Assembly (NCBI GenBank): GCA_008632985.1
Contig: QPGO01000152.1
Span: forward strand, 62,001-126,000
DNA: 64,000 nt
DNA from: Psammoneis japonica
Lineage: Eukaryota
Direction: 5' to 3'
Positions 24,979 through 37,000 of the stretch are shown here, piece by piece; position 1 is the stretch's first letter; every line of letters starts with the position of its first letter. The position numbers and the translations under genes are program-made. The notes below the pieces were generated by a model, which had not been told where the DNA came from, searched no databases, and was given only the letters and a program-made list of their open reading frames with translations.

Positions 24979-26459
24979 TGCCTGCCATTTGTCGAAACAG
25001 CTGGACATGTGTCCGAACTGGCAGCTCTGCCCCAGCTGCTCTCATTCTTTGTTTGTCACATTTGATGGAAAATCGGCTTTGCCAATTTTGTCGTTCGTTC
25101 ATTCGAGAGAGAGAGAGAGACAATGAGCTGCTGGTGGCCACACATGCACACCAGTCAAAGCTGCAGCAGCAAGAGCAACAGCAGCAGAGCTCTGGCCACT
25201 TGCAAATCTTTGCCAGTGTGAGGAGCAGCTGAAGCCACTCAAAGCAAACAGGCAACTCTTTGGAGTGTGCCATTTTGTGCTGCCAAGTTGCAACATCATG
25301 GGTTGAGCTGCAATGCAGGGAAAGCAGCTGTGCTTGGCAGCCATGGGTGGGGACTCCACAGAAATCACATGGGAGCTGTTTTTTTAGAAAAATCAACCTC
25401 GTTGCCCAAATGGACCATGGCGGTCATCATCGTTGTGACAAAAAAAAGTGTCATCATCACGATTCGTAAGACTCAACGTGCGGTCAAAACGCGCAAGTCC
25501 GAGCTTCCATCTCCCACCACAGCCTTCGCCAAGCAACAACCAAATCAACCCACCGTTTCTCACCAAATCGCTTTCGCACCCTCAGGATCATCATTGGAAA
25601 AGTTGCACTTTTGACACCATCGTGTCCGCCGTCATTGAATTGGGTGGGGTGCAGCGAAGTGCAACTTTTGGCTGCAATCTCACCAAACAATTTTGAAATC
25701 TCTGCGAGTGCCCACATGTCTCGTTTGAACAACATGCCACCATCCAAATGGCACTTTCGTGAGACAGAACTGAGCCGCCTGATTGGAACAAAGTCAAAGG
25801 ATGGCCAGTCGGCATGCACGCAAGTTGGAAATCTGCTCACTGCATTGCAAAAGGGATGTTTTCACAACGTCAGGAAGGGCACGGACGGACTGCAGGGTTT
25901 CCCGTGTCAGATCTGCTCTGCACAAAGCACTCAACAAAATTGTTTTTAAGATTCATTGTTTCAATCATGGATGCCCAGAAGATTTCAAAACGAGTCATCT
26001 GCAAGAGGATGTTGCTGTCTCAAGAGTGCCAGGACACTTTGCGATCGGGTGTGGCATGGAGAATGGATGGATGCAACTCTTCTGATTCAAAAGAATGGCA
26101 ATGACAGGAAGTGCAAGCGACCCCACTTTCATTCCAGAATTTCGACAAAGGTGAGTCTCTGACAGCGCAGTCATTGAAGCGAATGTTGTGTTCTTTCATC
26201 ACTTGTTTGCCTCACCTTTCTGTGGTTGTGTTTCATGGGCATGTGCGAATGCTGCAGTGGGAACCGATCTTTTTGGTTTGGCTTTGTGACACCAAAAGGC
26301 ATGATTGATTTTCTGTTTGTCACGGAGACCCATCGCTTCTGCAAAGACACTAAAGAGCCCTTTTCTTTTCTTTCTTTTTGTTGCAAGCTCGTTGACGACA
26401 GTGACTTCTTCACACACAATCACTCGGATCATCACAGTGGCAACAGCATCGCTGTCGCG

Positions 26460-27290
26460 CGGGACAAGAGTTTGCCGTCAAGGGCATTCCAACCAAACAA
26501 CAAACCCTGTTGACTGAGGATTCACACCACACTTCAAGCCAAAGCCACCGTGTTGCAGGAATTGAATCATGCCTTCAGCGACACGGTGTGTTTTGCAGCA
26601 GCAAACCCAGTGTTCTCATTTGGTGAGTGCAGCGGGAACGCATCTGGTTGTGCCTGCTGTCTTTTGTTGGCAATGTGTGAAACAATGGCAGCACTGACTC
26701 TTGCCCCTCCCCCAAATGACAGCTTGCCCACAGTTCATGGAGATTTTGCACAGTGGTGGCCTTCTTGATCGGATCATGTCCAAAGGCAAGAACTCTGAAG
26801 TTGAAAACTGCCGAGTCATGAGACGATTGCTCAGTGCTGTTTGACATCTCAGTGAGGACCGCCAGGTCCTTCATGGTGAGTTGAAGCCAGAAAATGTTCT
26901 GACAATTGATTGCAATTCTGATGCGGCATTGGTGTCAAGCTGACAGACTTTGGAGATTGGCCAAAAAGGACGAGGGCCTCCTGAAGACCTTTTGTGGAAT
27001 GCCGCTGTGCTTTGCACCCAAAGTGTTGCAATGCCATCACATGGTTGCTGGATGAGGAAGTGCAGCAAAAAGGCTGACATGTTTTCGTTGGGAGTCATTC
27101 TCCACATCTGCCAATTGGCATTCCTCCTTTTGATGGCGACACTGCTGGAGCCGCCAAAGGTCAAGCGACGTTTGCGCCAGATGCCTTTGCCAATGTTTTG
27201 GAGGCAGCCAAGGATTTGGCAATTGGGTGGCTTCCGCCAGATCCAAAGGACCTGTCAGCAGTGCAAGAAGCGTGTCAGCACGAGTGGATG
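26460..27290 (+). pseudogene. Intron-containing CAMK/Chk2-like Ser/Thr kinase pseudogene (may extend 5' to ~25400)
   Basis: Ordered subdomain remnants across frames: GQEFAVK, VLQELNH, MEILHSGGLLDRIMSKGK, LHGELKPENVL, VKLTDFG, LKTFCGMPLCFAP, ADMFSLGVILH, AKDL..ACQHEW; GT-AG intron ~26623-26733. Confidence 0.85.
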
Positions 27291-30200
27291 TCGATCGATG
27301 ATGGAGACACGCGTGTTCATCCTCTGGATGATCCCGTTTTGGCCAACTCCGAAGACGATGAGATTGACACAAAGGGATGGAGGACAAAGAAACGACTCAC
27401 ATCGGTTTGCAAACAGAAGAGGAATCAGAAAATGTGGATGTTGGTGAAACTTTGGAAGAGGACTCAACGGTGATGAGCAGAAGGATGCGAACACGAGAAC
27501 AGAGGAGACAACAAGCAAACGTGACCTTGTGAGAGAGGCGAATTGGGTTGTCACTCCAAGGGTGACGGGGAATTTTAAACACAGAACAGACAAGTGGAGA
27601 GAACAAAAAAGGTAGATTTCTTTGTGCTTGTGAAAATGTGACCTCAATTTCACCGCAAAAATGGTGCGCATTTGTGCTCAGTTGATTTTTACACGGTGAA
27701 GTGCGGCAAAATCGAGAAAAGTGCTGTTTCACGTTCTCTCCAACTGCGCAGTCAGGTGACTTGGTAGATGCACCACAAGAGACGCGAGAGCTTGCACTTT
27801 TGATGTCGGTCGCCATTGGCATCATTGAAGCCGCAACAACATTCCAAAACCACAAACGAGTCAACGCACAAAAAACTTGAATTTTTTCAGTCGTGATTGC
27901 ACGGCAAAGTGCGGGAAAATGGCGGTCACTTCATCGCTCTCAATCTCGACAAATGCAAGGCCAATGAAAAAGTTGTGCCCCGTTCCAAGCACCTCTGAAC
28001 ACCCTCTGTCGAACAAGGTGACTCTCGTTTTGATCAAAAAAATTTGTTTCTGCGTGATTTCTACAGCGCCCCTCCCACAGCAGCTGAAAAAGGAGGAGAG
28101 GGTTTGCTTTTGCAACTCAGGTGACGACTTTGAACATGTGGGGCATTTTGCCATGGCTTTGTTGCTGGCTTCTTGCCAAGGGAGATGGTTGAGGAGGCAA
28201 AATGCAATGTGCAGCCACTGGTGAGAGCCAGTGCATCACGGTGACGTGTTGCAGCCTTTGAGTGTCACAAAGGGCGTGACAAAAACAACCTTTTGTCGGC
28301 ATGCACACTGCATGATGAATTCACAGCGGAGTGGTTCATCGCAACCATCAGGCAGGAGGCCAGGGGTTCGAAACCCTGAGTGGGAGTTGTCTGCAGCAAC
28401 GTTGATCACTGTCGAACGCGCAAAACTCTGTGCAGTTCTGTGTGTTCCTTCGCACGCACCCACACTGTTCCGCCAAAACCGTGCAGTGTCAGTGCACGTT
28501 GGCAAAGAGCCGCATGGACGCGTGACACATGGGGAGGAGTGCAACATGCAGCCACTGACAAGAGTTGATGCATCACGGCGACGTGTTGCAGCCTTTAAAT
28601 GTCACAAAGGGCGTGACAAAAACAACCTTTTGTCTGCACGCACACTGCAAAAAGCTCCACATGCCTGCACCATCATAAAAGACACGAATGCATCATGAAC
28701 ATGATGCCATGAAGAGCACAGCAGTGGAGCCACTGCTGGAAGAGGCTCTCAGAAACAAGCTTGGGGACAACACTTTTGGCACAGAGCTGTGGGTGTCAGA
28801 AGATGCTGCTGCACACACTGAGCTGTTTGCACCAAAAGAGAGGAGAAGGAATCTTTCTTTTTTTGACAAAAGCAGCAAATGCCACCTCTTGAATGCCGCT
28901 TGTTGGGTGATGAAAAAAACAGAACAAAGTTGTCATGCTCAAAGCTTTTGGGCCCAAAGGCTTGCCAAGTGGTTCGTGACTGTGCAAAGAGGTGCAAAGA
29001 ATGACATGTCCGGTGAAATAAATGTGTCAAGGCATGCACCCACTTTCACATCAACATCGGTGCAGACAATTGCTCCATCTCTTTGGAGCACTCCCAGATG
29101 TTGGAAAAAGTCAGCCTGCATGGATGAGAGAACCGTGTGAGAGGAGAAGAAATCTTTCTTTTGTTGACAAAGCAGCAAGCGCCAACTCTTGACTGCTTCT
29201 TGTTGGGTGATGAAAAAAACAGAACAAAGTTGTCATGCTCAAAGCTTTTGGGCCCAAACGCTTGCCAAGCATTGCAAGCTGGCAGTGCCTGCCACCTCTT
29301 CTGGGCCTTCATGCTCAATTCCTGAGAGCTTCAATGTGACCATCAAACTGTGCAATGCACTCTTGCTTGTGTTCGCCCCCCTCCCTGGCACTGAAAAGGC
29401 TCTGAAGTCATTGATGCCAACAAGCACTCTTTGAGCTCCCAGGCTTCATGGCGAGTGGGCCAGATTGCTTGTTTGCTGAGTGGACCCAGTGCATGGTGAA
29501 GCCTTGCCATGATGAGAAGACAAGGCAAGCTTCTTCCACAGTGCAAAGCTTTGGTGCACAGGCAGGACTCAACCCACTTGATTGCTGCAAGGTCAGAGCC
29601 TCTGGTGTTTTCTTTTCCAATCTTTTGACTTTTTCTTCAACCCACACAATTGTCTTGTTGGTTGTTGCTGAAGAGCCACCCAAGCACAAGAAGATCATGC
29701 TGGCAACCCTTGGGGCTCATGTCTCATCCATCATCTTTGTCATTTGGGTGAGCTGAGAGGCGCAGCAGTGCCAGAGCCTTCTCCAGCTTCATGGCCACAC
29801 CGTCTGATCATTCCGCTGGATTCTTGACGGCAACGTGAGAGGAAACAGAAGAGTGCAGCCAAAGGGCACTGTTCAGAAAAAAAAATGTTCCGCACTGCTG
29901 GTGCTTCAGCAGTGCTGTGCTGCATGTTTTGCAAAACAGAGCATTGTCTGCTGCCAGCTGCCCAGGGTGGCGAGAGTCGCCAACATGATGGTGCAGAGAG
30001 CAAAGCCAGCTCGATTGACAACAGAGAGGGCGGCAGCACAGGTGTCAGTGCTGAGGGCAATGACAACGTTCATGGTTCTTTCCCCCCTCAAGGAGCGAAC
30101 CTCTCATGCTGAAACTGCTCTGCATGCATCTGCATCTCAAATTGATCCACGCATGCACCACAAGCGGCAAGCGGCAAGCCGGTGATGTGAGAGATCCAAG

Positions 30201-30521
30201 CAAGGAGCAAGCCTGCACAAACTAACTGTCGGTCATCACAGACAGAACGTACGTACAGCACAGGTACAATTGTACCGTATGTAAAGAATATACCAGAACC
30301 TTGCGTCACGTCCTGTCACGTCACTCTGACGTTTGGCCTGCTCACGTCGAACCAAGAAAAACGTGGCGGGAAGGCTATGCACGTGAAATCAGTACCGGAT
30401 CTGCAGTAGAAATGGCCGCATCATTCATCACTCGCATCACCGAACTCACGCACACAAGAATTCTTTCTGGACTAAGACAGAGGATACCGGTACAAATCCG
30501 AAGGAGTAAGTACTTTTGACC

Positions 30522-31004
30522 ATGACGGAACACGACGACCCTGTTGAAACGGCGATGGACAAGCTTAAGCCCCTCTTCTCCCAGTTGACCTTTGGGAGCA
30601 TCATGGGATTCAGCTCTGGATACGCTATGAAGAAAGTCGGCAAGGCCGTGGCTGTCGTTGTCGGAATGGGTTTCGTTGCACTTCAGGGCGCCGCGTACGC
30701 GGGCTACATTGACGTGAACTGGGACAAGCTCAAGGCCGGAGCGAAAAAGAAGATTGATACGGTACGTTTGCAATTTGGAGAAGCTTCCGATAGGCTTAGA
30801 TCTAGATTAATCATGATTCTTTCGGTTCTGGACTCATTTTTCCTTCATTTTTGTTTGTTTCTTTTTCCGCAGAACGCTGACGGCAAGCTCGACAAGGAAG
30901 ACGCCAAGGCGTACTGGAGAAAGCTCAAGAGTATCCTCACGTATAACCTTGGCTCCACAACTGGTTTCTCTCTTGGATTCGTCTACGGTGTCAAGTCTGG
31001 TTAA
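30522..31004 (+). CDS. FUN14 family protein (exons 30522-30761, 30873-31004)
   Basis: QLTFGSIMGFSSGYAMKKVGK...GYIDVNW; GTACGT...CCGCAG intron 30762-30872. Confidence 0.9.
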   Translation: MTEHDDPVETAMDKLKPLFSQLTFGSIMGFSSGYAMKKVGKAVAVVVGMGFVALQGAAYAGYIDVNWDKLKAGAKKKIDTVRLQFGEASDRLRSRLIMILSVLDSFFLHFCLFLFPQNADGKLDKEDAKAYWRKLKSILTYNLGSTTGFSLGFVYGVKSG

Positions 31005-31459
31005 ACAGATCTGACTTGGAAGTATATGGAGGGGATGATTCGGCGGATAGATCAGTCTCCGCCCCGAACGAAGAGGTCGTGCTACGTTTTTAGTCAGGGC
31101 CTCGTAACATATATGTCTAGAAGCGATAAAACAAAACTTTCTTGAGTCGAATTTTGCTTTGATGTGCAGAAAATGCATGTGCTACGGGTATGGATCGCGA
31201 CGGATTGAATAGTCGAACTCAGTAATACACGGTTCCAGAAAATCAGACCACTGTCATGTTAGATGTGAAGTGTACTCCTGAATTTGATGGTTCAAGACAT
31301 TTTCGCTACTAGCCATCCTTTTAGGTTGCTACACATCTCACAGGAACGACCGATGGCGCGAGTAGTGCGGCACACATTACTGCTAGCGGGAGCTTCGTTA
31401 AACTCTAGCAGACGCGCTCTCTTCTTAGAGCTAGTTAATCTACCGCTACAAAACAGCTC

Positions 31460-33780
31460 TATTCTGCAGCAACCAAAGAATGCGCTGGGGCCTGTCTCAT
31501 CCTGCAATGAGTGATTTTCTTTGCATTGAATGCATTGCAAAAGTGCTTCTGAGGCAATGTCATCGTGGTCCCACCCAGAGCTGGAACATGTGTCACTCAC
31601 CAATTTGGACAGCAAGAAAGAAGAGTTGGCAAGAGACAAGATCGGTGCTCAAGTCCAGCGTGGGATGGATAAGACAAAGCAGAGCCAAGCTGAGACAGAG
31701 GAGAGAGTTGAACAAGAAAAATTGGCTCTCCAAATGCAGAAGAAAGTCAGCAGTGTCAAGGCTGCCGCCCAAGCTGAAATCTGACATCAAGCTTGGTGCC
31801 AAGAAGGAAGAAAAGGCACAGGCTTGGAACAGCAAACAAGAAAGTTAACAGCATCAAGGCTGCCACCCAAGCTGAAATCTGACATCAAGCTTGGTGCCAA
31901 GAAGGAAGAAACAAAGGCACAGACTTTGAACAGCAAGAACACACATGCGTGTGATGGATGATTTGTGCGATGTTGCTGGCACAGGTTGGCTGCACATCTT
32001 GATTGCATCACAGGGACTGCCCAATGCAAGCAAGATGTTCATCACCTTTCATTGCAAAATGATGCACAGTGTGATGGCTGGGTCTTGTCTCTCACACGGC
32101 TTTTTTGTGTTTGCACCAGGTGCAGCACCAGCAAGAGATGTCAGCTCAAAACATGGGCACTTTGTCCCAAAGTTTTGCCAACATCTCTGGTTTCCAAAAA
32201 GATGTTTTGCAAGGTTGTGCCAGCTCAAACAATGTCACACCATGATGCAGAATTCTCAAGCTCACTGGCTGCTGGTGTGCCAACAAGAGTTTGTTCATCA
32301 GCCACCCTGTGTCAATCTCTCCAGTGTGGTGGCAGCAATCACATTGGCACAGAAGCTGCATCTGCCCAGCCAGCAGCAGCAATGTCAAGGTCACTGGAGT
32401 GTAGAACAACAGCCATGCTGGCAGTTTCTTGCAGCTCCTGCTGTCACTCAAGCCTTCTGCCCAAGCCATTGTCAGAAGCAGCCTTTGCAGCAGAGAAGCC
32501 TGGGGGCTTGGTGGCTTGACTGTGTGTGCCAGAACAAGATCAACTTTTTTACCATGGAATTGCTCACATTGAATGGCGAGTGTGAAAATGCCTGCAAACA
32601 ATTTGTTTCCTTGGTTGCAACAGAGCACACCATGGTGGCACACACAAAGAACGTGTCAAAAATCACCTCCACTGGTCTCCATCACACAAAGTCACATGTG
32701 AGCCACCTTTGGTTTGCCCCAGCAATGCACCTGTGTAAATTTACAGAGCTGATTGTTTTCCATTGGCCCCTTCATGAAGACACAATCAGAGAAATCATTG
32801 TTGCATGATGGCAGCCACAAAAGACTGTTTGAGTGCAAAAAACAAACAAACAATGAGTGGGTGGAGTTCATCCTCTGAACCAAACAATCAATCTGCCAGC
32901 CCCATTTTTCCTTGCAGCAGGAGCAGCACCAGTGCAGGAGCACCAACAACACCCACTCTGCCAACTCAGCGAGGATGTTTGCAGCCTTGCAGCAACTTGC
33001 ACACAACAACTGCTGTGCAGAACCAGCAGCAACAACCACACCAGCAACCACAGCCACATTTTCAGCCACAGCCACAGCAGCAAAAAGCCATTTTGGCAAC
33101 CACAGCAACAGAGTTGGCAGCCTCAGCAGAGTCAAAATCAGCAGCAGTGTCAGTTGTTGCCAAATCAGTTGTTGCAGCAGAGCCAGCAACAACTTCATCC
33201 ACCATTGCAGCAGAGCTGACAACAACCTTGCATGTCATTGTTGCAACAGAGCCAGCAACAACCTTGCCAGTCATTGCAGCAGGCCAGAGCTGGCAGCAAC
33301 AACAATGTGAGCAGCCAAGAAAAGAGCCACAGCAAAAGAGTTGCAAGTCAGTCGCTGGTTGCAGCAAGGCAGTCAGGTTCAAGAAAACAATTGGAAATGA
33401 CCAATGTTGCTGCCTCTGATGCTCTCCTTTCATCAGCCACAGGAGCAGACGAACCCTCCCTGGACTTGTTTCTGCAGAGTGCTTGACAAACTCTGCACAC
33501 AACAATGGAGAACCTTTTTCCATGTTTGGCTTTTGTGCTGGTGTCAAAACAAAACAGCACCCCCAGCTGAATCTGAAGCAGCATTTGTTGTCAATTCATT
33601 CAAATCAGTTGCCAATGAATTTGTTGCCAGAAAACCACAAAGGCAGGGTGCAGTTGCATTGCAGTTGAGTGCGCTTGACAAACACCGCCCAAAGAATTGC
33701 AAATTTGAAGCCAAGAATGCAAAAAGTCTTTTGTCACTAATGTTGTTGCAACAACAGTTGTGCCTGGTGGTGCTAAACGC
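31460..33780. other. TpA-depleted zone 2: unidentified low-complexity/repeat remnant
   Basis: Very few TA; internal duplication ~31755-31835/31853-31935; CAG/CAA-rich tract 32920-33320. Confidence 0.85.
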
Positions 33781-34055
33781 CACTCTCTCCGAGCTCTGTT
33801 AGTTAGAGAGTTAAGCAAGATTTTTTTAATTGAAGGAAACAGAATTTTCAGTTTGATGTCATTGGAACCAGCGCGCGTTCCGTAGTCCCTATCACAAGAG
33901 AGTAGAACGCACGGTCTCTACCGGTAGAGTAGCTACTCTCTAGCTAGTACCGTAGTAGCTAATAGCCCCAGAGATGATGCGAAGCTTCATGCAACGAGAG
34001 AAGACGCGCTCTCTTCCTAGCTAGATCTTATTCTCCCCGCTATTAAGCAGCGAAC

Positions 34056-37000
34056 CTAGATGCTGCTGTTGAAAAAGCTGGCAATTTCAGCGCTGTCATC
34101 AGAATCACTTTCAACACCAGCGAAGTCGCCAATATCACCTAACTCCACTGTAACGCCATCGACAACGGTCGTATTGGTTTCGGGCTTAATAGCTCCGGCA
34201 CCTTTAGGCTTTGCACTTGAAGACGCCTTTGCTCTCTTCTTTTTCTTCCCGTTGTTTTGTTGCTCTTGGACAGCAATTTCCATGCTTGTTAGTTCGTCAC
34301 GGTTTTTCTTTACATGTTCCGAAGCCAAGTCATACAGGGCATCCGCAGTCTTTGCCAAGATACTGTCCTTGCCATTGAACTTGGAGCAATTATTCTTCAT
34401 CAACTCAAAGTCACGCAGAAACGAGTCCGCTGTTTTGTATTCGTATCTGCGAGGAAAGGGATGACGGTGTCGAGTGAATGAGATGGCTTTGCCACAAAGC
34501 AGCGTGACATGCAAAACGCACCAACGACTTACCTTTTATTCTTGTCACGAATAGTGTCGAGTGCAATTGGATCGCTAATGACTTCATAGTATTGAGGAAA
34601 GTCTCGACGACTAACCTGACGGTGAAAAGGACCACTGCCCGTCAGCTGCTCAGCCGCAGTTCGGATCTGCTCCAGCCTGTCCGAAAGGATAACATGAGGC
34701 ATCCTGGTGCGAGCTGCACCTCGCTCACGTCGGTTGCTGGTTCCCTTGCGCTTTGACGCCGTTGTATATAAATCAGCTTCCTCGGCTTCGCGCTTCCGCT
34801 TCTTCATCCGCCGTTCTTGAGACTCTCTGTTTTTGAGTTTTCCCAGCATTGTCTTTGGCCTCTGCGATTTTGGCGGTGCTCTCGCCATGTGCGGACCTTT
34901 TGACTTCACAGATCGCTTCTTCACATGAAATTTGAGCGATGTCCTACCTCTGTCGTATTCGTCGTCATCTTCAAACATTGAGTGACCTATTAGCTGACTA
35001 GCGTCGCTTCGATGTAATCCATGATGCCTGGTTCCTTTCTTCTTTGACTTGCCACTGTGGCGGTCTGCGTCTGCCTCTTCGCTCTTCTTCTTAGCAATGA
35101 CCTTGGCTACTTCCTGCTCAACGCAGACAAACTTGAAGACCGTTGTCTGTCTTCCGTCGGGATGGGTCTTGGTAATGCGCCTGCGGACGACTTTCCTACC
35201 CATCATGGACGCCACGTGCGTGTTAGTCGAAGGCTGTCCATCTCCGGAGAGCATACCAGCTCTGGCTGCGCGCTCTTCCTCCTGTTGCCGTTTCAGTGCA
35301 GCAAGTTCGCGAGCGTCCTTACTCAGTTCCTGCGTATCTACGCCCTGAGCCAAACCACCAACCAAGCCGCCGCCCTCACCGGCTTCACCTAGAACATGAG
35401 CCGCAACAAGCTGGTTCGTCTGCTGGACATTCATCATGTTTTCTTCAATCTCGGCTGCGAGGTCATCGTCATCAAAGTCAGAATCAGAGTCATCTGTGTC
35501 GGCCTTATCTGTTTGTTTCTTCTCTTCCAAAGCTGCAGTACCGCCGACATTGTTTGTGCTAGCAATGCCTGCAGTATCATCCAACGCTGAGGAGCTTCCT
35601 CCTACACCGCCCACGCCGCCGCCCTGTGTGGCGCCTCTACTGTCACCCGCATCGGAAGACAGCGCAGCACGTTGCCTTCGCCAGATTTCTTGGATTCGAG
35701 CAGTATACATTTGTTTTTGCTCGCTAAGTTTTAACTTTTCCCCGCGAGCAAACCGTTCCAAACCGTCGCCCATGCCGTCACTGGCTGCCTTCGTGGACAA
35801 GTCACGAATAACATGTACCCGATCCCACCGCTTCAACGTGTCGATCTTGTCTTGCGTCATTCCATAGGATCTGAGGAGGCTGGCCATTTGTTTCATTGTC
35901 AGCCTTCGCAGATCGTTCTCTGTGCCAGTGATCTTTTTGATCTGAGCGCTCAAGGCCCCATCGGTATTGCCGCTACCCTTGTTGGGTTTAGTATCTACCT
36001 CCCGTAGAAAGTTATACCCCTCGCCCAAACCACTTGGATCTCCCAATCCTGTCAATCTCATCATTGCTGTGCCCTGGGCATTCTTATGCACATCAATGAA
36101 TTCCGCGGTCAAGTGCCACGGTGCCAACTGCAGCTCTTCGTAGATAAAACGAGCAACCTCGTGTTTCCTTTTCATTTCTTTCCATGCAGCCTCCAGGAGA
36201 GACGCCGCCTTTTCGTAGAGCGCAACAAAGGTTTTCGTATTGGTCTTGGTTGTTCGGGCAAACTCCAACATTTTGTTCAGCTTGGATTTTCGTTCCCTCG
36301 CCGCGTTGACTTGACCTGCCAAGTATACCATAGCCAAACCGACACCGGCCACACTGCTGGTGCCCGAGTACAATTCCTGAATACCCAGATCACACAAGCG
36401 ACGAGAAGCGGAGCATTCTGTCTCGTAAGCAGCAACCCCTTCCGGCGAAAATCTACGTCCTAGTGCTTCGACGCCGGGATAGTCATCCATGCCAATGGGT
36501 TTCGCAGTCCACACGTGCGTGTTCTTATCACTGACTGCAACTTGTTTGATACGCTGCCGAAGTGCATTCGGTGGAAGAGCCGTGTTTTCAAACAACCCCT
36601 CATTGATGGCATCAAAACGTAGACCGTGCCCTTCCTTTTCTTCTGTAATCGTAAGGACCTTTGCAATCTGATAGCAGATAAACGGCACGATGAAGGCCCG
36701 TTCTCCTGTTGTGTTTGGAGCAAACACCTTGGTCCGCGGTTCTGTCTGACCCACGCAGAAAACACTGGAAGGAATGTTTCGCAATGTCACTCCCATGGAA
36801 CTCTTTCCTCCCAAACGCGACGATGATTTGTGGCCCAGAATCATCAAAAAATCTGTCGACTCGGGTTCATGTCGAAACATGGGCGCTGCAAACAAGTTGC
36901 TAATAAGCCCGGTTTGCGTGACGCCATCTTCGACTTCTCCGATAAAGGGACCGTGCACCTTGGGATGAAGGATTTCCGTCACACCCTCTGGCAAGATATT

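Larger units (their letters stand above)
19515..25265 (+). mobile_element. Head-to-tail degenerate Penelope-like retroelements: partial RT, ORF1 remnant (~21014-22244), second RT (~22250-24750); no GIY-YIG seen
   Basis: NNMFAFRDTTWHQHNGATMGTPP, FHKRFVDDAFGIW, NFMDLTI, EKEMNLCLCVPSHSAHPPGVL, RNLGNLLS; repeats 20620-21000/24730-25110 and 19515-19670/25105-25265. Confidence 0.85.
11720..30220. other. TpA-depleted hypermutated zone 1
   Basis: Only two TA found in 12001-15260 (12756, 13566) versus about 20 in 1001-1600; ORFs nearly Tyr-free and Cys/His-rich. Confidence 0.95.

Noticed and set aside
11900..30200. Hundreds of short Cys/His/Gln-rich ORFs in all six frames (also 31.5-33.8, 44.6-55 and 60.5-64 kb)
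   Set aside because: By-product of losing TAA/TAG and Tyr codons; not real cysteine-rich genes
11720..30220. Alternative genetic code or foreign low-TA DNA insertion
   Set aside because: Depletion covers non-coding DNA, introns, three unrelated TE classes and a host pseudogene, and paired repeats show TA versus CA/TG states
30762..30872. Unspliced 162-aa FUN14 ORF
   Set aside because: The 111-bp segment has canonical donor, pyrimidine tract and acceptor; it is an in-frame intron
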